This document shows, one piece after another, positions 39,097 to 50,562 of a stretch of DNA of 64,000 nucleotides. The notes under the pieces were generated by a model. That model saw only the letters and a program-made list of their open reading frames with translations. It did no database searches and was not told the DNA's origin. The first letter of the stretch is position 1; each line of letters opens with the position of its first letter. Both the position numbers and the translations under genes were made by a program. Origin of the DNA: Eledone cirrhosa (lineage: Eukaryota). The stretch is from positions 36,704,001 to 36,768,000 of the forward strand of contig OZ024757.1 of assembly GCA_964016885.1 (NCBI GenBank), written 5' to 3'.

Positions 39097-39290
39097 GAAC
39101 AAGTATGATCCCGACGGCAGACCTCAAGCCGTTTCGACGGCTAATTCTGGACTAGAATTAGCCGTCGAAATGGCTTGAGCTCTGCCGTCGGGGTCATACT
39201 TGTTCATATTACCCACTCTACTACCTCTAAGTATTGAGTACTTTGGTGCGTTATGGTCCAACTGGTTCCTTACCACATTTCCTTCGTTAT
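39097..39290. mobile_element. palindromic element with the 3' half of a hammerhead in each arm
   Basis: about 53-bp arms 39097-39205; GAAA(C/T)GGC...GCCGTC; tail shares ACTCTACTA..TATTGAGTAC with family A. Confidence 0.6.
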
Positions 39291-40154
39291 ATATATATGT
39301 GTGTGTTTGTAATACTGGCGTTCTTGTTGGTCCTTCGTCGTTTACGACGACGAGTGTTCTAGTTGATTCAATCGACAGACCTGCCTGCTCGTGAAAGTAA
39401 CGTGTAAGTGACTGAGCAGCATTCTGCAGACACGTTGTATCCTTAATGTACGTAGTTCTCAGGGAGATTCAGTGTGTCACACTGTGTGACAAGGATGGTT
39501 TCTTTGAATTGCAGGTATAAATAAATTCGTTTTTTTTTTGCCGGTTGAGTGACAGGACAAGAACAACGTGAATCTCCCTGAGAACTAAGTTAAAGGTACA
39601 TATGTCTGTGGAATGCTCCGATACTTTACACTGCATGTATGATTTAAGGGAGACTTGTTTGCTATTTCAATTGCTCATTATATATCATCATCACCATCAT
39701 CGATTAACGTCCATCTTCCACGCTATTTTGAGGCAAGTTGTGTCGGGTGATCGTGTCTCGCTCAAATAGGGGTGTTTCTGGCTGGTTTTCTACGGCTGGG
39801 TGCCTTTCCTAACGCCAACCACATTTTCAGAGTGGGCTGGGTGCTTTTTTGCTGTGTCTTTTACACATCCACTTTAATATATATATATATATGTGTGTGT
39901 GTGTGAGCTGCCAGCCAATTATTCAGTGATGTAAAATGTATTATTCAGTAAATCTTCTGTTTGGTGTATGTAAACATAGTTTATAATATGTTCTGGTTTG
40001 GCTGGGGAAGAACTTCTGAGCCATGGAGTCTAGAACTACCAGTCATGGGAGTGACTATTTCTAGTAATATCACACATATGTATCACTCTCTCTGTATATA
40101 TATATATATTATATATTTAATTAGAAAGTGAACAACACAAAATATAACTACTTC

Positions 40155-40305
40155 ATTACCAAAGGTTTCTGGATCCCAGACAATATTAATATATGTCTGG
40201 ATCGGTCATCAGACAGAGATGTTATGGATAGAAAATAACATCTCTGTCTGATGACCGATCCAGACATATATTAATATTGTCTGGGATCCAGAAACCTTTG
40301 GTAAT
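40155..40305. repeat. perfect 71-bp inverted repeat; each arm carries a hammerhead core
   Basis: arms 40155-40225 and 40235-40305 are exact reverse complements; CTGATGA 40248-40254, GAAAC 40291-40295, GTA 40301-40303. Confidence 0.85.
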
Positions 40306-40679
40306 TAAATAACTGTTCTATACATAGAACATTCTTTTTTCCTTTGCTTTTTCTTCGGAATTACCTAACATATATATATATATATAAAGTCTAAAGTCTA
40401 AAGTCTGTCTTAAGCCAGAAGGGTCATTTGGCCAGTGCTTATCCTGGTAAATTTTACCTACCGCTGCCATTGACAGCATTTTGCTGTTTTAACAGCTTCC
40501 TTGCACTAAGTTCTTCAAATTACTCTATAACTATATATATATATATATATATACACACTTATACACACAACACATATATATATGGTATTTACATTAACAA
40601 TGGAACTTACTTTTGCATTACCAGAATTAAGTCCAACTGTTAATATATATACTATAAACTTCCAGTTTATTAGACAGCA

Positions 40680-40868
40680 CAGATTAGCCATCACAGAATA
40701 GACATCATATATTAACAATCACAAAATTGACCATCACAGATTAGTCACCACAAATTAACAATCACAGAATAGACATCACAAATCAACAATCATAGATTAG
40801 TCATCACAAATCAACAATCATAGATTAGTCATCACAAATCAACAATCATAGATTAGTCATCACAAACA
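40680..40868. repeat. 28-bp minisatellite (atcacaaatcaacaatcatagattagtc)
   Basis: three exact and several degenerate copies. Confidence 0.85.
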
Positions 40869-40941
40869 TGAGACACCAAAACCAAACCAAAAACACAGCC
40901 AATAAAAAAAAACCGGGCAAGGTCTTATGCTGGACATTAAG

Positions 40942-40947
40942 TTTATT
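40942..40947 (-). terminator. candidate distal polyA signal of the LIM gene (would give a 3'UTR of about 4.6 kb)
   Basis: AATAAA on - followed by a GT/T-rich tract (reverse of aaaaccaaaccaaaaacac); other AATAAA sites lie closer to the stop. Confidence 0.35.
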
Positions 40948-41520
40948 TAAATAAAACAATGTCTTCATACAAGATATTCTTTCGTCCTTTTTTGTGTTTT
41001 ATAAACAGAACTGTTGCTTTCTTTTTTATATATATTTGAAACAATATCATTTTGGCTTTAGCAGAGTAGATAGCAAACATTGTATTGTTGTTGTTGGTGT
41101 TGTTGTTGTTGTCTACCCCCCCTTCTCCCTTCTTCATTGTAGGTTAGCCCTGATCAAATATTAGACACATCTAGAATCAAAGGCATACCAGATTATTTGT
41201 TGTTGTACTTTTATCTCTCTCTAGGTCAGGACAACATTATCCATTTGTTGTAGCATTTGTTGTTTTTGTCTTTCTTTTAAAGACACCAGGGTGTGATTTG
41301 AGGGAAATTTGGTTGCCTGTGTGTTTATAACAAGTCAAAAGGCCCCCTTCCTAGATGGTTGGTTGGCTTGTAAACATTACAAGGGTGATATTTATAGTAA
41401 CAGCATGTGTTGTATCGATATTAGGATATCACAAGTTTGAAGAATAATTGTTGTATGCAGTGGTGGTGGTCATGATGTTGGAGGGCTTTAAACAGAAACA
41501 CAATAGCAGCACTAATAATA

Positions 41521-41556
<36 letters not shown>

Positions 41557-42297
41557 GTTTCTGATTTAGGCACAAGGCCAGCAATTTTAGGGACAGAGGA
41601 GGGGAAAGTCGATTAAATCAACCCTAGTGCATGACTGGTACTTTATTTTATCAACCCTGTAAGGATGAAAGTCAAAGTTGACCTCAGTAGGATTTAAACT
41701 CAAAAGATAAAGGAAGTAACTCTATGCCACGAAGCCACAAAGCATATTGTCCGACACTCTACCGATTATTGCTAATCCACCATAATAATAATTCTTTCTT
41801 TATTGTGATGTTGTATATTGAGAACGCTCCTTTAAATTGTTCCTATCATCATCTGTAGCAATAAATTAATAATAATAATAACACAAAAAAGAACAAAAAA
41901 AATACTGCTTGAGAATTTCTAACGACTACTGTCATCATCTCTGCCTTTTATTGATTAATTCATTAATTAATGAGATCTAATTAATATCCATGCAATAGCA
42001 AATAGAAATAATAATAATCATAATAATAATAATAATAATAATTAATTAATAATAATTATAATAATAATTAATAATAATAATTATAATTATCTCTTGTCTC
42101 AGCAGATTCATTTACAGGGCTCAAGACATTTAGGAGAGAAGAAAAAAAACACCAAAAAAACAAACAAACAAAACAAAAACAAAATAATAATAATAATAAT
42201 AAAAAAAGACCCAGCAGTGTGTGAAATACAATGTCGTTAAAAAAAACAAGCGTTTATTTAATTTAAATTAATTTATATATATATATATAAATTATTA

Positions 42298-42344
<47 letters not shown>

Positions 42345-43350
42345 CTGAACCCATAATCAAAGTGTAATCTTTAACACTACACACATCTCTATTTTACCAT
42401 TATTTTCTCTCTTTTCTTTTTAATGATAAAATTTGAGCCTCATAAAGAACAAAAAAATGAGGCTCAATTCACTGGAAGGCACTATGGTCTAGAAAAATCT
42501 CTGGGTTAAGTTTATTATTTTTTTTAAAATTATTTATGTTAACTGTTCATAGGACATGAATCAAGACACAAAAAAAAAAATAATAAAAAAATTTGTGTAT
42601 GTAAATGTGTGTGTGTTTAAAATGTTTTCGTTACAGTAAAAAATAAAATGTAAACACCTTTTCGATGTGATGTTTATTTATTTTTTTTTTTTTTAAAGGC
42701 TTAAACACTTCAGTTTGGTTTTTTTTGTTACATCTTTTAAAAGATGAACGAAGAGAAAAAGATAAGAACTGCATAAGATCAAAGAAAAAAATATATATTA
42801 TTTGTAATATTTAAAATCACTTTTTCTTTCACATTAGAGGATTTTATTTAAAGAATTTTTCTTAAAATAAATATTTGAAACCAAACAAAAAGAGAGAAAA
42901 AAAAACCAAAAAAGTAAAAATTTGATTTTTTAAATTAATTTATTAAATAAAAATTTCCCCTGATTTTAGAAATGTAGAGAAAAAGGGATAGATTTAATAA
43001 TATACATTATTATTATTATTATTATTATTATGATATTTCTCTCTCCAATAAATAGTTCTGTTGGTAGAAAAGATGTTTTTTTTTTAGTTTTATTTTCAAA
43101 CAAAAGACAAAAGATAAAAATTAATTAATTAAAAAAAAAATGACATATTTATTAAAAAGGACACAGCCATATTTCCATAGTATGTGTAATAATAATAATA
43201 ATGATTTCTAAGTTAGGCACAAGGCCAGCAATTTGAGGTGAGGAGAGGGATAAGTCAATTACACAAATCCTCAGTATTTTACTGGTACTATATCTTATTG
43301 ACTTGAAAGGATGAAAGGCAAAGTTGACTTTGGCAGGATATGAACCAGGA

Positions 43351-43388
<38 letters not shown>

Positions 43389-45579
43389 ATTGTTTCTACT
43401 TTAGCCACAAGGCCAGCAATATGGGGAGAGGGGAAAGTCGATTAAATCGACCCTAGTACATTATTGGTACTTTATTTTATCGACCTCCATAAGGACAAAA
43501 GGCAAAGCTAACCTCGGTGGGATTTGAACTCAGAATGTAAAGGGCCGTGACTCTAAATAATAATAATAGTAATGTCTCTTCTTTCATTTTGAAAACATAT
43601 TTGAAAATATAATAATGTCGAAGAGTTAGTTGCCTCACCTATAGACATTTTCTTTGATGTTATTGTTGTTGTTGTTAACGAACAATGTTTATTTAGACAA
43701 GAGGAAGAAAGGAAAATAACTTTGGTTAATCACCCCCAATAACCCTCCCTACCCACAAAAAAAAAACCTCCTTAAAATACCAACAGTTTTTAAGATAGAA
43801 TTTTAAAAATCCTTCGAATGTAGAAATGTTCTTTTTTGTTCTTTTGGATCATGTTGAAAAAATAAAAGAACCAGAAAATATATTTTAAAAAAAAGCCTGA
43901 GAAACTATTCTACAAATATTATTTGTAGAATATCTTAAACTCTGAGATGTTACTGTAACATTTTTCTTCCTCGAACCAAAATATTTATCTAATAATTGTA
44001 CACTATTAAGTGAAGCGAAGGAGATTTTTGTAATCTGAGAAATCTTTGAGTAAGAAACTTCCTGCTTATATAAGTCTTGTAAATTGAAAAGAGAAAAAAA
44101 TAAAATACAAAAAGGAAACACAAAAAAATGTTTCGAGTTAATTGAATAAATCTTTTACAGGTACTTGAGAGAGAGAAATACATGCACGCTGATAACACAT
44201 GTGCTTGTGTGCGTATGAATATGCGTGAATGTGTGTGAGTGAATGTATGTGTTTGTGTGTGTATGTGATGTGAAGGCTTCACCTGCAAGCGTATCTACAT
44301 GTAAACACAAGATTTATTTTTAACTAAGCAACAAGACTAGTTTTTAGGATAGAACGGTTTTTTTTCTTTTTCTTTTTTGTAAGTTTTTACTCGGTGGAAG
44401 TCTTCTTGAGGAAATGGCAGTACCCATGGTCATCAGAAGCCCTCTGGGACCAGATTCTTTACTTGCTAGGTCTGGAGGAAGGGGCAAGGTTCTCCAAGAC
44501 CAGAAAGGAAGCAAAAATATTTATTTCTGAATTATTTGCTGGGTCTCGAGGAAGGGGCAATGCCCATGACTTTTACAAGATCTCTGAAACTGATGAGATT
44601 GCTATGCTGTTAACAAAACCCCACCCAGTATATTTATATCTATGTGGGTACTATATAAACTTCCACTCTGGAGGAGTCTTGGGTGGAAAGGTAAATATCA
44701 CCCTGGTCAGGTTTGAACTCTTAATAATAATGAAATTAATAGACTAGTAAAAACATATTTTGATTTAATTCACATATGATGTTGTAGTTTTATCTGATAT
44801 GAGGGCCAAGATACAGTTCTTTTCATTTATTTGTTTAAACATTTCTTTAAAACTAAATTGATCTAAAATAAATAGCAACAAAAGTGAATAAAAAATCTTT
44901 TTTTCTTCCTAGTTTACATAGTATGGTTGCTGAAGTCTATAGAACATAGCAAGTTTACATAGTATGGTTGCTGAATTCTATAGAACATAGCTAGTTTATA
45001 TTAGTATGGTTGTTAAAGAACATATTAAGAAGAATCTAGAACATGCATTGATTGACCAAAAAAAAAAAAAAAACATAGCTTCCTTTCCCTTTTATTTTAA
45101 AATCATGATACAATTTGAAGAATTGTCTCTCTCTCTTTCTCACTCTCTTTTAATAATATTAATAATATTATTATTATTATTTATTAAAAAATTTAATTTT
45201 TCTTGATTTGTTTTTTTTTTTTTTATATCATTTTCACCACAAGAGAAAAAGTAACAACACGAAAAAATTCGACAAAAATTTAGCAAAATTTAACAAAATT
45301 TTTGCCAGGACCTAAAAGTTGTAGAAATGTTTGGCGGTGGGTAAATTTCAATTCCAATTAAAATTTAATAAATAATTAATATTGTAGCTCTAAAATATTT
45401 CTAATGGTTAAACCATAATTAATTACAGATTCATTTTCAAAAAAAAAAAAAAAAAATGAAAATTGTTGTTGTTCTTGTTGTTGTAGAATAATCTTAAGTG
45501 ACTTTGATCAAGTCCAAAGACAGATTTTTTTTTTTTAAAAAGACTTTCAGAGACTTGTAAAATAATCAAAGAGCAGATC

Positions 45580-45728
45580 TTAGTTGCGTCCACAGGGGGG
45601 GCACAAGATGTCTCCCTCGTTCATCAGGAAACCCTTGCCAACCATTGATGATTTGCATTTGTTGCAGTTGAAGCAGTCGCTGTGCCAGTGACGGTCTTCA
45701 AAAGAGATGAACTTGGTGCCACCAAAGC
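45580..45728 (-). CDS. Lmpt: Limpet/FHL last coding exon ([19 protein letters not shown]...ILCPPCGRN*)
   Basis: ccttAG acceptor; TAA ends at 45580. Confidence 0.92.
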
Positions 45729-48700
45729 CTAAGGATGGAAAAAAAAAACCATAATCAAGTAAACCAAATAGTAGTGGAAGCATTGACATATTTGAAATTA
45801 AAAAATATAGTCATACAGATGTATGATGGCCGCAACTCAATTCTGAGCAATGCCATCACTTGATACTTAAGCATGAGTATCATGGACATGGCTTTTTAGT
45901 CCTACAAGGGACTTGTCTATGGCCAGCAATGCCATGCATCGCAAAAAATGTCACATATCAAGCAATGCCTCTGCTTGAAGCTTTTTTAAGTGAGGAAAGG
46001 CTTTACATGGGGCCAATCCCACACTCTGAACATCAAATGCATTTACTCAAAAAGAAGAACTAGTCTACATCATTGGATGCAAATGAAGTCACAGGTTTTA
46101 TATAAGAGTGATCTTCTCTTAGAGAGATGTCTTAATGAAGACAAGACGTTATTGGATGGCCATTGACTCTTTTGAGTTCCTCTGCCCTTTGACGGGTTTT
46201 GTTTTTCATCCCGCAGGGTGTCCAAAATCACCCTCCTCACCAAGCAAGCTTGGTGGGGTAGCCGGTTTAGTCGTTGACAACCCGACCATGTACAGGTTGT
46301 ACTGGGTTACATGTATGTATGTTATCAGTAGCACTGAAGAGCAACCTGACATAAATACATGTACAAAAAGTCCGATAAACACTTACCCATAATGGCCTTT
46401 GAACAAATGCAGCACTTCTTAGCAAACAAGTCACCATAGCAATCAGCGCAGTACGGCTTATCCTCACGTGATGTGAATTTCTCTCCGGCTAGGTTTTTGT
46501 TACATTTTGAGCAAGTAAAGCACTCACGATGCCATGGTATGTTCTTGTATGACACACCTCCTTTGGTAAGCACCTACACAAAACAAACACAAATAAAAAC
46601 AACAGCAGATATTTATCTTAGATATATTTCATTTGGACATCATTTGAGAATCCCCATTCTATTTTTCCCTTTGTAACGCATTTTCCCTACCAAGTGTGTA
46701 AATTATTTCTCAAGTGTGTAAACTATTTTCCCCCAAGTGTGTAAACTATTTCCCCTCAGTGTGTAAACTATTTTCCCCCAAGTGTGTAAACCATTTCCCC
46801 TCAGTGTGTAAACTATTTCCCCCAAGTGTGTAAACTATTTCCCCTCAGTGTGTAAACTATTTCCCCCAAGTGTGTAAACTATTTCCCCTCAGTGTATATA
46901 CCATTTTTCCTCAGTGTGTAAACGGTTTCTCCCAGTGTGTATTGGGTCATCAAGTATGAAATTTGTAGAAATTTGTAAAGAAAAAACAAATTTCTACAAA
47001 TTGCATGGTTGATGACCCAATATATATATATATGATAGGTATTTGCAGTCTCTGTCTACCAAATTCCACTCACAAGACATTGTGGTAAATGTGAGGCTAT
47101 TGTAGGAGACATATGCCCGAGATGTCACCACACAGCCAGATTGAACCCAAAACAATATGGTTATGAGGGTCGGCTGAAAAGGAGTTATGCTAGAGCTGTG
47201 AAATCTTGCATGAGTTAATTTCAACTCTTTTTGTTATCTTTGAAAGAGTTAACAATATTTGGTATTAACAAGGTTAACCAATTGAAAAAACTGATTCATC
47301 GTAATTTAATTTGGTATCCCTGAAATATGTATAATGAAATAAGTATGGTTTTATAAATATAGTTTCCATTTATTAATATCGTATATCTACTCCAAATACT
47401 TGTCGAGTGCTTTATATCAGTTACAAAAATATTTACTTGTTGTATCCCAACAATTTTAAATAGAACTTTTGCATATATATATATATATATATACATGCAT
47501 ACATATATAGACCTCATATATTTATATGTGTATATATATATATATGAGTACCCTATCTACTATATTTACAGTTTCTATCTCCATTACTCATTCTCCTTGC
47601 CCCATTAGTGTGACTCTCCCTGTTTCATGTGTATTTAAAGTATTTATTCCAACACCACCACCACCACCACGACCACTGCATGTCAACCTACTTGAACATT
47701 TACTCACTGTTGGGGGTTGATGATGGTGGTGGTGGTTGTAGTGGTGATGGTGGTGGAGGTGGTTGTAGTGGTGATGGTTGTAGTGGTGATGGTTGTAGTG
47801 GTGATGGTGGTGGTTGTAGTGGTGATGGTTGTGGTGGTGGAGGTGGTTGTATTGGTAATGGTGGTGGAGGTGGTTGTAGTGGTGATGGTTGTGGTAGTGG
47901 CGGTAGTGGTACTTTATATTCCCCCCTCACCCCAGGTATGAGTAGGATAGTAATATACGACTACTACTACAACCACCACTACCACTATCACCAACACCAC
48001 AACCAACACCACCACAACTATTGCCCCTATCCCCTAACACACAGAACTATAACCACACCAGAGCAGACTATGCCACACCAGACCAGACCAGACTACACCA
48101 CACCACACCAGACTACACCACACCACACCAGACTACACCACATCACACCAGACTACACCACACCAGACCAGACTGCACCACACCACACCAGACCAGACTA
48201 CACCACACCACACCAGACCAGACTACACCACACCACACCACACCAATACCCCAATACTTAGTGAAGTTGCCTAGGAATCAAGTCAAGTTAAACTACTTCA
48301 CTTAAAACCCTCACTTCTTATATTAATGACAAACTGGGTTATATTAACCACAACCTATACAACCGCTACTAATTAGTCAATAGGCCCCCGCCCCTCTCCC
48401 GATAGTTTTCTTATAGTTTCAAAATCTGTTTTTATATTTATATTTGCCACCAACCAATCCTATGTAAAATAAATTGGTCCATTTTTCAGTCACCTTAAAA
48501 AAATATTATATATATTAGTCATGTAAGTCATATATATGTGTTTGTGTGTGTATGTATGTATATATATATATATATATATATACATTCACACATATACAGT
48601 ATATATATATACACACACACATATATATACACATATATATATTTGTGAAGTAGAGTATGTAGATATGTATAGGTGAATATACACACACACACACACACAC

Positions 48701-49852
48701 ACATATTATCATCATCATCATCATCATCATCACTGTTTTAAGTCCATTTTCCACACTAGCATGGGTTAGATGATATATGTGTGTTTGATGGTAGCTATGA
48801 TGCTTCCATAGGCGGTATGCCGGTTGAGCACTCTATGTTCTTACAGAGCAGAGTGTGATATAATATAAAATGCTAAAACCCCAGTGAGAAAATTTGATCT
48901 GAAATTATTGCCAGTGTCCGACGAACCTGCAGTTCTAGAATCAGACCAGATCCATACAATGACCGTGTCTCGAGCTGTCTGCCGGCGAAACAATTGTAAC
49001 ACACAATAAATTGAGTCCTGATGCATCACTGATTTTTCGTTTTATATTATTTATATATATATATATCATCATCATCATCATCAACGTTTAACGTCCGTGT
49101 TCCACGCTTGCATGGGTTTGGACGGGGGTTTTCCCACTTGAGGCAAGAGTGGTTGTCTTGCTCGCATAGGACTGTCTGGCGGGTTTTCTACAGTTGGATG
49201 CCCTTCCTAACACCAACCACATTTACAGTGTGGGGCTGGGAGGTTTTTACCGTGTTGCCTACACGGCCACATTACAGCGTGGACTGTCTGGCGGGTTTTC
49301 TACAGCTGGATGCCCTTCCTAACACCAACCACATTTACAGTGTGGGGCTGGGAGGTTTTTACCGTGTTGCCTACACGGCCACATTACAGCGTGGACTGTC
49401 TGGCGGGTTTTCTACAGTTGGATGCCCTTCCTAACACCAACCACATTTACAGTGTGGGGCTGGGAGGTTTTTACCGTGTTGCCTACACGGCCACATTACA
49501 GCGTGGACTGTCTGGCGGGTTTTCTACAGCTGGATGCCCTTCCTAACACCAACCACATTTACAGTGTGGGGCTGGGAGGTTTTTACCGTGTTGCCTACAC
49601 GGCCACATTTACAGCGTGGACTGTGTGTTTTTTGTCGTGACACCTACACGATCTCATTTGTTTCGGCCTGGATGGTGTGGCACCAACATAACTTTACATA
49701 GAACGGGGTGGTGTGGATGGGGTGGGGGTGGTGGGACGGGGGTGTATTTTGTTAGAGATGCCTACTGGCTGTAGTAGGTTTTACTTTGTATTTAGGTAAG
49801 GCGGGTCTTCTCTATTACTGAGTACCGCCAAAGGTCTCGGTCCAGTGACATT

Positions 49853-49883
<31 letters not shown>

Positions 49884-50504
49884 GTGTGTGTATATATATA
49901 TATATATATACGGGGGGGCGCGTTGGAACATCAGAATACTTTATCGTATTTGTTCTGGCTCTCTGCTCTCTGAGTTCAAATACTGCCCAAGTCAACCTTA
50001 CCTTTCATCCTTTTTGATCCAAGGTTGATAAAAAAAAGTACCAGTCTAGTACTGGGGTCAATTCTTCCTTTATATCTCTTTCTCTCTCCCTTTCTTCTTC
50101 TTGGCTATGTTTTGACCCAGAGAGGCAATGGCTCCACCAGGTTTAAATCAGGCCAAGACATGCTGTATGCCACAATGACTCCGTAAGAAGTCACAGGTTC
50201 ATACATACACCGTATATAGACACTATACAAGTGTATAACCCATGCCAGCATGGAATTTGTATGTAAAATTATATATTGGTGTTGGATTGATTCCTGACTT
50301 GCGTCTTGTGTTCTTGAGCAAAACACTTCATTTCACATTGCTCCAGTATACTCAGCTGAAAATGAGTACCAGCAATAGCTGGGGATTTAACCCTGCAATG
50401 GACTGGCATCTTGTCCAAGGGTAGTTTTGTATCTCAGTCGCTTCACACCATGAAACCGGGATAAGCACTGGTCTAATGAGCCTTCTGGCTCATGACAGCT
50501 CAGA

Positions 50505-50562
<58 letters not shown>

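Noticed and set aside
47700-48260. Pro-rich, Gly-rich and His-rich ORFs resembling structural proteins
   Set aside because: They derive from (GGT/GAT)n and (CACCA/GACCA)n simple repeats inside a LIM-gene intron, with no splice support.
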